64,000 nt of DNA from NCBI GenBank assembly GCA_964016885.1, contig OZ024748.1, positions 44,826,001 to 44,890,000 on the forward strand, read 5' to 3'. Position 1 is the stretch's first letter. Each line of letters opens with the position of its first letter. Positions 26,361 to 41,315 of the stretch are shown in pieces. The position numbers and the translations under genes were made by a program. This DNA is from Eledone cirrhosa (taxonomy: Eukaryota). Below the pieces are notes generated by a model that saw nothing but the letters and a program-made list of their open reading frames with translations, made no database searches and was not told where the DNA came from.

Positions 26361-26816
26361 CAAAGGGCAAAGGAACTCTTAAGAGTCAATGGCCATCCAA
26401 ATCACAGGGAGAGATGACCCCTTAGCCTTTGTCAAGGCAGAATTCTAGGAGAAGGAAAACTCTGATATAACACCTGCAATCCTGATGGTATCCAATGATG
26501 TTGACTTGTTCTTCTTTTTGGTAAATATCATCTTGGTTAAGAGAGTGGGACTGGCTTTGTGCAGTGCCTTTGCTCACTATAAAAGCTTCACGGCACAGGC
26601 ATTGCTTTATATCTGGAGATCTCTCTGCACTTGTTGTCACATGGTACCATGGTCCCAGCACTATGTGTCAATAATTGTCACAAGTGTAGTGTTTGTACCA
26701 GAGTTTTCAAGTTGCTGGCTGGACTAAAAAGTCACACTCGTTCAGCGCTTCGGTAGGGGTTCTCCTACATGGATATAAAGTAGTGGCCGTACTCGAAAAC
26801 GAGTTGGCAGCCACCA
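26361..26816 (+). mobile_element. Non-autonomous RTE-derived element, copy 3
   Basis: Identity to copies 1, 2 and 4. Confidence 0.8.
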
Positions 26817-26839
26817 TATGTATATATATATATATATAT

Positions 26840-27285
26840 ATAGGAACGAGTAAGACCCCTACGGCAGAGCTCAAGCCGTTTCGACGGCTAATTCTGGACT
26901 AAATGAACATTTTTATTCTGGTATTTGAATAGCCGAGCTTCTCAGGGGGTAATTCCATATATGGTAAAAGTGATTGTCACAAGGATTGGTCAAAAGTTTG
27001 TTGTTGAGACATAATAATTCTATCATGACTGGTTTCTTCCACCCCCTCTCCCACTATCTTCTCCTGGCAGGTTCAGCTACCCCTTCCCTCCACAAATTGC
27101 CATGATAGAATTATTGTCTCAACAACAAACTTTTGACCAATCCTTGTGACAATCACTTTTACCATATATGGAATTACCCCCTGAGAAGCTCGGCTATTCA
27201 AATACCAGGATAAAAATTTTCATTTAGTCCAGAATTAGCCGTCGAAACGGCTTGAGCTCTGCCGTCGGGTCCTACTCGTTCCTAT
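26840..27285. repeat. Fold-back with ~185-bp inverted arms and a 73-bp spacer, containing a hammerhead-like motif
   Basis: Arms 26840-27027 and 27101-27285; CTGAGAA...CGGCTA/TAGCCG..CGAAAC in the right arm. Confidence 0.85.
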
Positions 27286-27362
27286 TACCCACTCTACTAC
27301 CCTAAGTATTGAGTACTTTGGTGCGTTATGGTCCACCTGGTTCCTTACCACATTTCCTTCGT

Positions 27363-27396
<34 letters not shown>

Positions 27397-27398
27397 AT

Positions 27399-27464
<66 letters not shown>

Positions 27465-27957
27465 GTTATATATATATATACACACACACACTTACACATA
27501 CATATCTCTCACTCTCTCTCTATACATATACATACACACACACATATGTTTGTATTGTTAGAGTTTACACCAGCCGAGGTTAACTTTGCCTTTCATCCTT
27601 ACGGGGTCGATAAAATAAAGTACCAGTCACGCACTGAGGTCGATTTAATCGACTTTCCCCTCCCCCAAAATTGCTGGCCTTGTGCCTATATTAGAAACCA
27701 TTGTTAGAGTTTACAATGAAATAGCCCCCCCCCCCATGCCACTGGCCGCCTATTTGAACTACGCCCTATATCAGCAATATCCTTACACAACATTCTATAT
27801 ATGTCAATACATTACTAGACTAATCAATTCTGTCTATATTACATTTAATCGAAACTTGGTCATGTTAATATTTCATTAGCGCTCCAATCTTTACTGTACC
27901 CCGCCACCATCGCACTCCCCCCGCCTCGATACATACACACGTACATACATACATACA

Positions 27958-27989
<32 letters not shown>

Positions 27990-28039
27990 CATAGATACAC
28001 ATATACACACACATACACATACACATACACATACACGTA

Positions 28040-28585
28040 GATGATGGCTGCAAACTCTGCTAAGAGTATTGCAATCGCTTGTCAGATTCAGATGGGTGAC
28101 GCTCGGATATGGCTTTTCAAGCCTGCTAGAGACTTGCACTCCTTCACACACTGACGACAACTATGGATCTCCCTGGCTTGAGGTCCCGCATCAGGTTGCC
28201 TGTGAGCCCTCACAACACCGTGGAGATCATAGTTCACTGATTCTCTTTGAACATGGCTGCAACTGTGGCTCCTGAGACCAGATTTGCTCAAGCAGATTTT
28301 TCCACACTCAGGGCACTTCAATTCAATGGAGACACCGATTGTTTCGAGAGATACACCAGGGCATTGCTTACGTACATCCCTTTTGATCTTCTCGTGCTCT
28401 ATGAGCCTGTCCTCAAAATGATGGACCCCATCATTCACCATTCCACGCCAAATCTCTCTTTCAAGGGCTTCTATCTCCCAGTCAGCCATCATCAAACCAG
28501 TTTTTTTCAATGAGTCCTTTACACAATCCGTGAATCGGAGCTTTGGTTTGTGACGTCTCTTACCCTCACAAAGCTCGCCATACAA
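28040..28585 (-). mobile_element. RTE LINE 3' fragment with C2H2 fingers
   Basis: YGELCEGKRRHKPKLRFTDCVKDSL, CPECGKICLSKSGLRSH and CRQCVKECKSLAGLKSH. Confidence 0.8.
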
Positions 28586-28683
28586 GAGTTGGACCTTATT
28601 GACTTCGTTTTAACGAGAACACGTGATATCAGGGATATCACATTGGTTCGTGTATTGCGAAGCGTGGAATGTTGGACTGATCA
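28586..28683 (+). mobile_element. Inverted RTE APE-endonuclease fragment
   Basis: LIDFVLTRTRDIRDITLVRVLRSVECWTDH is the APE C-terminal motif. Confidence 0.65.
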
Positions 28684-28821
28684 TACACATACACGTACAT
28701 ACATACATATATACATACATACACACACATATACATACATATACACACATACATACACACATACATGCATACACATATACACATACATATATACATACAT
28801 ACATACATACATACATACATA

Positions 28822-29400
28822 CATGGTGGTGGCTGCCAACTCGTTTTCGAGTACGGCCACTACTTTATATTCATGTAGGAGAATCCCTACTGATGCGCTG
28901 AACGAGTGACTTTTTAGTCCAGCCAGCGACTTGAAAACTCTGGTACAAACACTACACTTGTGACAATTATTGACACATAGTGCTGGGCCCATGGTACCAT
29001 GTGACGACAAGTGCAGAGAGATCTCCAGATATAAAGCAATGTCTGTGCCGTGAAGCTTTTATAGTGAGCAAAGGCACTGCACAAAGCCAGTCCCACTCTC
29101 TTAACCAAGATGATATTTACCAAAAAGAAGAACAAGTCAACATCATTGGATACCATCAGGATTGCAGGTGTTATATCAGAATTTTCCTTCTCCTAGAATT
29201 CTGCCTTGACAAAGGCTAAGGGGTCATCTTTCCCGGTGATTTTGGATGGCCATTGACTCTTAAGAGCTCCTTTGCCCTTTGACAGGTTTTGTTTTTAGTC
29301 CTGCAGGATGTCCAAAGTCACCCTCCTCACCAAGAAACCTTGGTGGGGTTGCCAGTTTAGTCGCCAATGACCTGACCATGAGACAGGTTGTACTGGGATA
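28822..29400 (-). mobile_element. Non-autonomous RTE-derived element, copy 4 (most complete)
   Basis: Reverse complement of copies 1-3. Confidence 0.8.
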
Positions 29401-30045
29401 CATACATACATACACATATACATACATACATACATACATACACATACATACATGCACATACACACATGCATACATACATACATACATACACACACATATA
29501 CATACATACATACACACACATACATGAATACACATACACATACATACACACTCACATACACATACACACATGCACATACATACATAAACACACATACATA
29601 CATACATGCACATACATACATAAACATATACATACGTACTTACATGCATACACATACATACACATGTACGGACATACACATACAAACATACATACACATA
29701 TATACATACACACATATACATACATACACAAACATACACACGCATACATACACACAGCCATACATACACACACACACACATACACATACATACACATATA
29801 CATACATACGCATACAAACATACTTACACATATATACATACACACATATACATACATACACATACATACACACACATACACACATACATACACATGCACA
29901 CATACATGCACATACATACATACATACATACATACATACACACTTCGTACAAGTGCTGGCTGACATTTATAAGCTACCAAGATACTCTCATGGAATGACC
30001 AAATGAGGTTTTTTGTTTGCATTACTTTAATGCACGCAAGTGTGG

Positions 30046-30304
30046 TGGATTGGCAGTATCAGTGGTGTGTCAGATACCATGCTTTGCAGTATAGAGTTAT
30101 GGCCCTTTATGGTCTGAGTTCAAATCCCGTGTTGAGCTTATAATCATTAGGTTGTGAGTTTGATTCTCAGACCAGGCTTTGTGGTCTGTTCTTGAGCAAG
30201 ACACTTTATTTCATGTTGCTCCAGTTTACTCAACTGTAGAAATGAGTTGTGACATCACAGGCGCCAAACTGTATCAGCCTTTGCCTTTTCTTTGGACAAC
30301 ATCA
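30046..30304 (+). mobile_element. Fused SINE fragments
   Basis: GAGTTCAAATCCC B box followed by a second head and CTTGAGCAAGACACTTTATTTCATG. Confidence 0.6.
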
Positions 30305-30423
30305 TATATAGGGTATATATAGTGTATAGACTGTGTATATAGAGTGTATATATAATATATCTATATAGTGTATAGACTGTATATATAGTGAATATATAAT
30401 ATATAGTGAATATATAATATATA

Positions 30424-32899
30424 GAGATAGAGACATTTAATGTAGAAGAGAACTGTGAGTTCCTAAAAAATAATTTACTAGAGGCGACGGATGAGGTCTG
30501 TGGCTGGAGTAAGACCTCAAGCAGGAGGAGAGTGACTTGGTGGTGGAACAATAAGGTAGATGAAGCAGTTAAGGCCAAGAGACAGGCATGGAAAGAATGG
30601 AAGAACGGGGGGAGCAGGGTACATTACATAGAGACCAAGAGGGAAGCTAGGCGACAAGTATACTTAGCTAGGAGGGAAGCAGAGGATAGAAAATTCAAGC
30701 ATGTCTTGCAACGAGAGGATCAGAAACAGGAGGTATTCAAGATTGCGAGGCAGTGTGTCAGAGATAGTTGTGATGTCATTGGAGAGAAGTGTATCCGGAA
30801 TGATAAAGGTGAGCTTGCCCTCACAAGTGCTGAGAAGAAAGATGCATGGAAGAGTCATTATGATAGATTACTAAATGAGGAGAATGCATGGGAAGAAGAG
30901 ACCCTACCCCAAGTAGACCCTATAGAGGGACCAGCAGTACAAGTCAGCAGCAGCGTAGTAAGTAAGGCAATCAAAGATATGAAGATGGGGAAGGCAACCG
31001 GTCCATCGGGTATAGCTGCCGAGATGCTGAAGGCATCTGGGTCTGTAGGTCACACTATAACCACACGTATCGTTAACCAGGTAATACTAGAAGGTGCCAT
31101 ACCAAAAGATTGGTGCAGTAGCATCATTGTCAACTGCTACAAAGGTAAAGGCGATGAACTAGATAGAGGAAACTATAGAGGTATAAAGTTGATGGACCAG
31201 GTCATGAAAGTAACAGAAAGAGTTATAGCACAGCTGATTAGGGACCGGGTGAAAATAGACGAGATGCAATTTGGGTTTGTACCAGGGAGAGGCACCAGTG
31301 ATGTCCTCTTCCTTGTGAGGCAATTACAGGAAAAGTACCTAGCTAAAAGTAAGCCACTCTACTTGGCATTTGTCGACCTTGAGAAAGCCTTTGACAGAGT
31401 TCCACGTTCTGTAATCTGGTGGGCTCTTAGAAAACTAGGAGTAGATGAATGGCTTGTGAAAGCGGTACAAGCCATGTATAGGGGAGCAGTCAGCAAAGTT
31501 AGGATTAGCAATGAGTATAGCAAGGAATTTAGCGTACAGGTTGGGGTCCACCAGGGCTCTGTTCTTAGCCCTCTCCTGTTCATCATAGTCCTGCAGGCAA
31601 TAATGGAGGAGTTTAAGACCGGACGCCCATGGGAACTCCTGTATGCTGATGACCTCGCACTCATAGCTGAATCTATGGTAGAACTAGAGAATAAATTCCA
31701 AACTTGGAAGCAGGGACTAGAAAGAAAGGGTCTCAAAGTCAACATGACAAAGACTAAGGTCCTTGTAAGTAGACGAGAAAACAGAACCCAGATCCCCTCA
31801 GGGAAATGGCCTTGCTCAGTATGTAGGAAAGGTGTAGGTAGGAACTCAATTCTCTGCCCCAAATGCAAACAATGGGTACACAAGAGATGTAGCGGGATCT
31901 CAGGAAGCTTAATTAAGAATGTAGGATTCACATGCAGCAGCTGTGCTGATACAGCAAGCAGCAAACAGCCACAGGAAAGAAGTACCACCAATCTCTGGGA
32001 GGGCCCTGTAGAAACAGTAGACAGCTTCTGCTACCTAGGTGACCGAATTAGCAGCGGAGGTGGGTGTTCAGAAAGTACAATAACTAGGGTAAGAACGGGA
32101 TGGAAGAAGTTTAGGGAACTACTACCACTGCTAGCTGCAAAAGGCTTCTCCCTCAGAATGAAAGGCAGACTGTATGATGCGTGTATCCGAACAGCGATGT
32201 TGCATGGTAGTGAGGCCTGGGCGCTGAAGGTGGAAGACTTACGTAGATTAGAGAGAAACGAAGCCTGTATGCTCCGATGGATGTGTAACAGTAATATACG
32301 TGAACGACAAAGCATAAATGAATTGAGAGAGAGACTGAGCATAAGAGGAATCAAATGCTGTGTGCAGGAGAGGCGGTTGCGCTGGTATGGACATGTGATA
32401 CGTATGAAGGATGACAGCTGCATAAAAAGGTGCAGAGCACTAGAAGTTGATGGAAACCGCGGAGTGGGGAGACCCAAGATGACCTGGGATGAGGTGATAA
32501 AAGCCGACTTTACCCAATTGCACCTCGCAAAGACAATGACACACGACCGTGACTTCTGGCTTCACGCAGTAATACAGAGTACCCGACTCCCCATGGGTAC
32601 AAGCTGAAGCATATAGACAATATGCCCCCACACCCCCCACCGCAAGGTGGTCGTGGAGGTGCCACGGCAAAAAAGCACCCAGCCCACACTGTAAAGTGGA
32701 CGTGTAGGCGCCACGAAAAAGCACCCAGCACTCACTGTAAATGAGGTTGGTGTTAGGAAGGGCATCCAGCTGTAGAAATCAAGCCAGATCAGTTCCTGTA
32801 TGAGCAAGGCATGCTCAGCCGACCAGACACTGCCCACAACAGGACAACCCGTCCAACCCATGCTAGCGTGGAAGAACGGACGTAAAACAGTGATGATGA
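30424..32899 (+). mobile_element. 5'-truncated RTE LINE (family A) inserted in an AT-rich minisatellite
   Basis: Uninterrupted ORF 30532-32607 plus 3' UTR and GAT tail. Confidence 0.95.
30532..32607 (+). CDS. RTE reverse transcriptase (APE lost by 5' truncation) with a PHD-like Cys/His insertion
   Basis: NYRGI, QFGF, FVDLEKAFD, GVHQGSVLSP, YADD, YLG; CSVC..CPKC..H.RC..CSSC. Confidence 0.85.
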   Translation: MTWWWNNKVDEAVKAKRQAWKEWKNGGSRVHYIETKREARRQVYLARREAEDRKFKHVLQREDQKQEVFKIARQCVRDSCDVIGEKCIRNDKGELALTSAEKKDAWKSHYDRLLNEENAWEEETLPQVDPIEGPAVQVSSSVVSKAIKDMKMGKATGPSGIAAEMLKASGSVGHTITTRIVNQVILEGAIPKDWCSSIIVNCYKGKGDELDRGNYRGIKLMDQVMKVTERVIAQLIRDRVKIDEMQFGFVPGRGTSDVLFLVRQLQEKYLAKSKPLYLAFVDLEKAFDRVPRSVIWWALRKLGVDEWLVKAVQAMYRGAVSKVRISNEYSKEFSVQVGVHQGSVLSPLLFIIVLQAIMEEFKTGRPWELLYADDLALIAESMVELENKFQTWKQGLERKGLKVNMTKTKVLVSRRENRTQIPSGKWPCSVCRKGVGRNSILCPKCKQWVHKRCSGISGSLIKNVGFTCSSCADTASSKQPQERSTTNLWEGPVETVDSFCYLGDRISSGGGCSESTITRVRTGWKKFRELLPLLAAKGFSLRMKGRLYDACIRTAMLHGSEAWALKVEDLRRLERNEACMLRWMCNSNIRERQSINELRERLSIRGIKCCVQERRLRWYGHVIRMKDDSCIKRCRALEVDGNRGVGRPKMTWDEVIKADFTQLHLAKTMTHDRDFWLHAVIQSTRLPMGTS

Positions 32900-35800
32900 G
32901 TGTATAAACTGTATATATATAGTGAATATATAATATATCTATATAGTGTATAGACTGTATATATATAGGGAATATATAATATATCTATATAGTGTATAGA
33001 CTGTATATATATATATAGTGAATATATAATATATCTATATAGTGTATAGACTGTATATAGAGTGAATATATAATATATGTATATAGTGTATATATACATA
33101 TATAGTGAATATATAATATATATATATAGTGTATAGACTGTGTATATAGGGAATATATAATATATATATATAGTGTATAGACTGTATATATATAGTGAAT
33201 ATATAATATATCTATATAGTGTATAGACTGTATATATATATATAGTGAATATATAATATATCTATATAGTGTATAGACTGTATATAGAGTGAATATATAA
33301 TATATGTATATAGTGTATATATACATATATAGTGAATATATAATATATATATATAGTGTATAAACTGTATACATATATAGTGAATATATAATATATCTAT
33401 ATAGTGTATAGACTGTGTATATAGGGAATATATAATATATATATATAGTGTATAGACTGTATATATATATAGTGAATATATAATATATCTATATAGTGTA
33501 TAGACTGTATATATAGGGAATATATAATATATCTATATAGTGTATAGACTGTATATATATATAGTGAATATATAATATATCTATATAGTGTATAGACTGT
33601 ATATATAGAGTGAATATATAATATATATATATAGTGTATAGACTGTATATATATAGTGAATATATAATATATCTATATAGTGTATAGACTGTATATATAG
33701 TGAATATATAATATATCTATATAGTGTATAGACTGTATATAGAGTGAATATATAATATATCTATATAGTGTATAGACTGTATATAGAGTGAATATATAAT
33801 ATATCTATATAGTGTATAGACTGTATATATATAGTGAATATATAATATATCTATATAGTGTATAGACTGTGTATATATATATATAGTGAATATATAATAT
33901 ATCTATATAGTGTATAGACTGTATATATAGTGAATATATAATATATATATATAGTGTATAGACTGTATATATATAGTGAATATATAATATATTTATATAG
34001 TGTATAGACTGTATATATAGAGTGTATATATAATATATCTATTTAGTGTATAGACTGTATATATAATATATCTATATAGTGTATAGCGTGTATATATAGG
34101 GAATATATAATATATCTATATAGTGTATAGACTGTATATATATATATAGTGAATATATAATATATCTATATAGTGTATAGACTGTGTATATAGTGAATAA
34201 ATAATATATCTATATAGTGTATAGACTATATATATATAGTGAATATATAATATATCTATATAGTGTATAGACTGTGTATAGACTGTATATATAATATATC
34301 TATATAGTGTATAGACTGTATATATATATAGTGAATATATAATATATATATAGTGTATAGACTGTATATATATATATAGAGTGTATATATAATATATCTA
34401 TATAGTGTATAGACTGTATATATAGTGAATATATAATATATCTATATAGTGTATAGACTGTGTATATATATAGTGAATATATAATATATCTATATAGTGT
34501 ATAGACTGTATATATATATAAGTGAATATATAATATATCTATATAGTGTATAGACTGTATATAGAGTGAATATATAATATATCTATATAGTGTATATATA
34601 CATATATAGTGAATATATAATAGATATATATAGTGTATAAACTGTATACATATATAGTGAATATATAATATATCTATATAGTGTATAGACTGTGTATATA
34701 GGGAATATATAATATATATATATAGTGTATAGACTGTATATATATAGTGAATATATAATATATCTATATAGTGTATAGACTGTATATATAGGGAATATAT
34801 AATATATCTATATAGTGTATAGACTGTATATATATATAGTAATATATAATATATCTATATAGTGTATAGACTGTATATATAGGGAATATATAATATATCT
34901 ATATAGTGTATAGACTATATATATATAGGGAATATATAATATATCTATATAGTGTATAGACTGTATATAGAGTGAATATATAATATATCTATATAGTGTA
35001 TAGACTGTATATATATAGTGAATATATAATATATCTATATAGTGTATAGACTGTGTATATATATATATAGTGAATATATAATATATCTATATAGTGTATA
35101 GACTGTATATATATATAGTGAATATATAATATATTTATATAGTGTATAGACTGTATATATAGAGTGTATATATAATATATCTATTTAGTGTATAGACTGT
35201 ATATATAATATATCTATATAGTGTATAGACTGTATATATATATAGTGAATATATAATATATCTATATAGTGTATAGACTGTGTATATAGTGAATAAATAA
35301 TATATCTATATAGTGTATAGACTATATATATATAGTGAATATATAATATATCTATATAGTGTATAGACTGTGTATAGACTGTATATATAATATATCTATA
35401 TAGTGTATAGACTGTATATATATATAGTGAATATATAATATATATATATAGTGTATAGACTGTATATATATATAGTGAATATATAATATATCTATATAGT
35501 GTATAGACTGTATATATAGAGTGTATATATAATATATATATATAGTGTATAGACTGTATATATATATAGAGTGTATATATAATATATCTATATAGTGTAT
35601 AGACTGTATATATAGTGAATATATAATATATCTATATAGTGTATAGACTGTATATATAGTGAATATATAATATATCTATATAGTGTATAGACTGTATATA
35701 TAGTGAATATATAATATATCTATATAGTGTATAGACTGTATATATAAAGTGTATATATAATATATCTATATAGTGTATAGACTGTGTATATATATAGTGA

Positions 35801-38800
35801 ATATATAATATATCTATATAGTGTATAGACTGTATATATAGTGAATATATAATATATATATTTAGTGTATAGACTGTATATAGAGTGAATATATAATATA
35901 TCTATATAGTGTATAGACTGTATATATATAGTGAATATATATATATATATAGTGTATAGACTGTATATATATATATATATAGTGAATATATAATATATCT
36001 ATATAGTGTATAGACTGTGTATATAGTGAATATATAATATATCTATTTAGTGTATAGACTGTATATATAGAGTGTATATATAATATATCTATATAGTGTA
36101 TAGACTGTATATATATAAGGAATATATAATATATCTATATAGTTTATAGACTGTATATATATATAGTGAATATTTAATATATCTATATAGTGTATAGACT
36201 GTATATATAGGGAATATATAATATATATATATAGTGTATAGACTGTGTATATAGTGAATATATAATATATCTATTTAGTGTATAGACTGTATATATAGGG
36301 AATATATAATATATCTATATAGTGTATAGACTGTATATATAGAGTGTATATATAATATATCTATACAGTGTATAGACTGTATATAGAGTGAATATATAAT
36401 ATATCTATATAGTGTATAGACTGTATATATAGAGTGTATATATAATATATCTATATAGTGTATAGACTGTATATATATAATATATAATATATATATATAG
36501 TGTATAGACTGTATATATAGGGAATATATAATATATCTATATAGTGTATAGACTGTATATATATATAGTGAATATATAATATATCTATATAGTGTATAGA
36601 CTGTATATATAGAGTGTATATATAATATATCTATATAGTGTATAGACTGTATATATATATAGTGAATATATAATATATCTATATAGTGTATAGACTGTAT
36701 ATATAGGGAATATATAATATATCTATATAGTGTATAGACTGTATATATAGAGTGTATATATAATATATCTATACAGTGTATAGACTGTATATAGAGTGAA
36801 TATATAATATATCTATACAGTGTATAGACTGTATATAGAGTGAATATATAATATATCAATATAGTGTATAGACTGTATATATAATATATCTATATAGTGT
36901 ATAGACTGTATATATATATAGTGAATATATAATATATCTATATAGTGTATAGACTGTATATATAATATATCTATATAGTGTATAGACTGTATATATAGAG
37001 TGTATATATAATATATCTATACAGTGTATAGACTGTATATAGAGTGAATATATAATATATCTATACAGTGTATAGACTGTATATAGAGTGAATATATAAT
37101 ATATCAATATAGTGTATAGACTGTATATATAATATATCTATATAGTGTATAGACTGTATATATATATAGTGAATATATAATATATCTATATAGTGTATAG
37201 ACTGTATATATATATATATAGTGAATATATAATATATCTATATAGTGTATAGACTGTATATATAGGGAATATATAATATATCTATATAGTGTATAGACCC
37301 TATATATATATAGTGAATATATAATATATCTATATAGTGTATAGACTGTATATATAGGGAATATATAATATATCTATATAGTGTATAGACTGTATATATA
37401 TATAGTGAACATATAATATATCTATATAGTGTATAGACTGTATATATATAGTGAATATATAATATATCTATATAGTGTATAGACTGTATATATATATATA
37501 GTGAATATATAATATATCTATATAGTGTATAGACTGTATATATATAGTGAATATATAATATATCTACATAGTGTATAGACTGTATATATATATATAGGGA
37601 ATATATAATATATCTATATAGTGTATAGACTGTATATATATAGTGAATATATAATATATCTATATAATATATCTATATAGTGTATAGACTGTATATAGAG
37701 TGAATATATAATATATCTATATAGTGTATAGACTGTATATATAGAGTGTATATATAATATATCTATATAGTGTATAGACTGTATATATATAGTGAATATA
37801 TAATATATCTATATAGTGTATAGACTGTGTATATAGTGAATATATAATATATCTATATAGTGTATAGACTGTATATATATATATAGTGAATATATAATAT
37901 ATCTATATAGTGTATAGACTGTGTATATAGTGAATATATAATATATCTATTTAATGTATAGACTGTATATATAGAGTGTATATATAATATATCTATATAG
38001 TGTATAGACTGTATATATATATAGTGAATATATAATATATCTATATAGTGTATAGACTGTATATATAGTGAATATATAATATATATATATAGTGTATAGA
38101 CTGTATATATATATATATAGTGAATATATAATATATCTATATAGTGTATAGACTGTATATATAGAGTGTATATAAAATATATCTATTTAGTGTATAGACT
38201 GTGTATATATATAGTGAATATATAATATATATATATATAGTGTATAGACTGTATATATATAGTGAATATATAATATATCTATATAGTGTATAGACTGTAT
38301 ATATATAGGGAATATATAATATATCTATATAGTGTATAGACTGTATATATATAGTGAATATATAATATATCTATATAGTGTATAGACTTTATATATATAT
38401 ATAGTGAATATATAATATATCTATATAGTGTATAGACTGTATATATATAGTGAATATATAATATATCTATATAGTGTATAGACTGTATATATATATATAG
38501 GGAATATATAATATATCTATATAGTGTATAGACTGTATATACATAGTGAATATATAATATATCTATATAATATATCTATATAGTGTATAGACTGTATATA
38601 TATAGTGAATATATAATATATCTATATAGTGTATAGACTGTATATATATAGTGAATATATAATATATCTATATAATATATCTATATAGTGTATAGACTGT
38701 ATATATATAGTGAATATATAATATATCTATATAATATATCTATATAGTGTATAGACTGTATATATAGAGTGAATATATAATATATATATATAGTGTATAG

Positions 38801-39675
38801 ACTGTATATATATAGTGAATATATAATATATCTATATAGTGTATAGACTATATATATATAGTATATATATAATATATCTATATAGTGTATAGACTGTATA
38901 TATATATAGTGAATATATAATATATCTATATAGTGTATAGACTGTATATATATAGTGAATATATAATATATCTATATAGTGTATAGACTGTATATATATA
39001 TATATAGTGAATATATAATATATCTATACAGTGTATAGACTGTATATATAGAGTGTATATATAATATATCTATATAGTGTATAGACTGTATATATATATA
39101 TAGTGAATATATAATATATCTATATAGTGTATAGACTGTGTATATATATAGTGAATATATAATATATCTATATAGTGTATAGACTGTATATATATATAGT
39201 GAATATATAATATATCTATATAGTGTATAGACTGTATATATATATAGTGAATATATAATATATCTATATAGTGTATAGACTGTATATATATAGTGTATAT
39301 ATAATATATCTATATAGTGTATAGACTGTATATATATAGTGTATATATAATATATCTATATAGTGTATAGACTGTATATATATATATAGTGAATATATAA
39401 TATATCTATATAGTGTATAGACTGTATATATATAGTATATATATAATATATCTATATAGTGTATAGACTGTATATATATAGTATATATATAATATATCTA
39501 TATAGTGTATAGACTGTATATATATATAGGGAATATATAATATATCTATAGAGTGTATAGACTGTATATATAGAGTGTATATATAATATATCTATATAGT
39601 GTATAGACTGTATATATATATATATAGTGTATATATAATATATATCTATATAGTGTATAGACTGTATATATATAG
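32900..39675. repeat. AT-rich minisatellite, ~44-50-bp unit (AGTGAATATATAATATATCTATATAGTGTATAGACTGT(AT)n); also at 30305-30423
   Basis: Direct reading of roughly 6.8 kb of tandem units. Confidence 0.96.
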
Positions 39676-39851
39676 TATGTATATATATATATATGTATGT
39701 TGTAACATCACTAATGCTAAGCTGTATCAGTCATCAGCTTTCACTTTCTCAACATCGGTGGCGTTGAGAGGGGTGACTGGTATGTATGGGTGACTACTGG
39801 TCTTCCACAAACACACCTTACACGGGCCCGTACCTCGCAGGGGAACTTTAC

Positions 39852-39934
<83 letters not shown>

Positions 39935-39947
39935 CGTATATATATAT

Positions 39948-40057
<110 letters not shown>

Positions 40058-40126
40058 GTATATATATATATATGTATATATATGTATATATATATATGTA
40101 TATATATGTATATATATATATGTATA

Positions 40127-40175
<49 letters not shown>

Positions 40176-40176
40176 G

Positions 40177-40234
<58 letters not shown>

Positions 40235-40448
40235 TCGTTTCTGAATTTGTTTAGCAAGATTCTTTATCTGAAATCGTGTGTTGAAACCGATATTGTTACA
40301 CTTTGGGAGGGTCATGCTGCCAATAAGAAACACACGCACCAGTTGCTTTCACTTCAATTTAATTTATTAAATATTTATAAATTTACAAATTTATAAATTT
40401 CTGGTTGGTTGGTTGGTTCCACAACCAGATAGTTGTTTATATATATAT

Positions 40449-40493
40449 AGTCATAGTTCTTTCGTCACACACTCTGTGACCTCTTCAGTGACT
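40449..40493 (-). ncRNA. Hammerhead ribozyme in the left Penelope arm
   Basis: Reverse complement of 42128-42172. Confidence 0.65.
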
Positions 40494-41315
40494 GGGGATT
40501 TCTTTCTTCGTTTCTGTGCCTTTCCTTTCTTCTATCCTACGCCATTTTGTTTGTGTGTGGGTTGCGTGCTCAGTTTGCGCATGCGCCACATCCGGGTGTC
40601 TGTGTGTGTTTGTGTTCATTTTTCTATTTTTCTATTTATATTTTTCTATTTGTTTGTTTATTTATTTATTTATTGTTGGTTGGTTGTTTGTTCTATGTGT
40701 GTGTGTGTTTTCATTTTGTCTTGTGTGTGTTTTCATTTTGTGTGTGTTTTCAATTGTAAGTTGTTTGTTCTATGTGTGTGTGTGTTTTCATTTTGTCCTT
40801 AATTGTAAGTTGTGATGTTGCTGTTCCACTCATATTTTCTATTTAATTTTGGTTTTAATTCTTTTATGCTTACTGCCTCTGTAATTTGCCTAAACATTGC
40901 GTCTTTCTTGTGTGTGGATTCTATTTTTATTTCTATGCTCTCTAATTTACCCCTGTGTTCTATCTTAGCATGTTGGTAGAGCACAGATGATTCTTTACTA
41001 TCTTGGAGGTCTCGCCAGTGTTCATTTATTCGTTCCCCTATACTACGAGCTGTCTCACCTATGTACACTACATTTTTGTTTCTACATTGTCCTTCAGTAC
41101 ATCTTATGCTATATACTACATTTCTAGTTTTACAGTTAATATGGGGGCTTATTTTACAGGTTATACATTTCTTATCTATACATGAGGGTCTTTGGAACGG
41201 GTATGTCTTGCTAATAAGTGTTTTTACGGAGGTACCAGGTCTTAATATTGAGATTATGTTTCTTTAGGGCCCTTCTAAATTTGTAGGCTAGTTCGCCTCT
41301 AGGGGTTGTATTGAT

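Noticed and set aside
30130-39850. One SINE split by the AT-rich satellite
   Set aside because: The left (30130-30304) and right (39698-39850) SINE pieces overlap in consensus position and differ, so they look like separate copies
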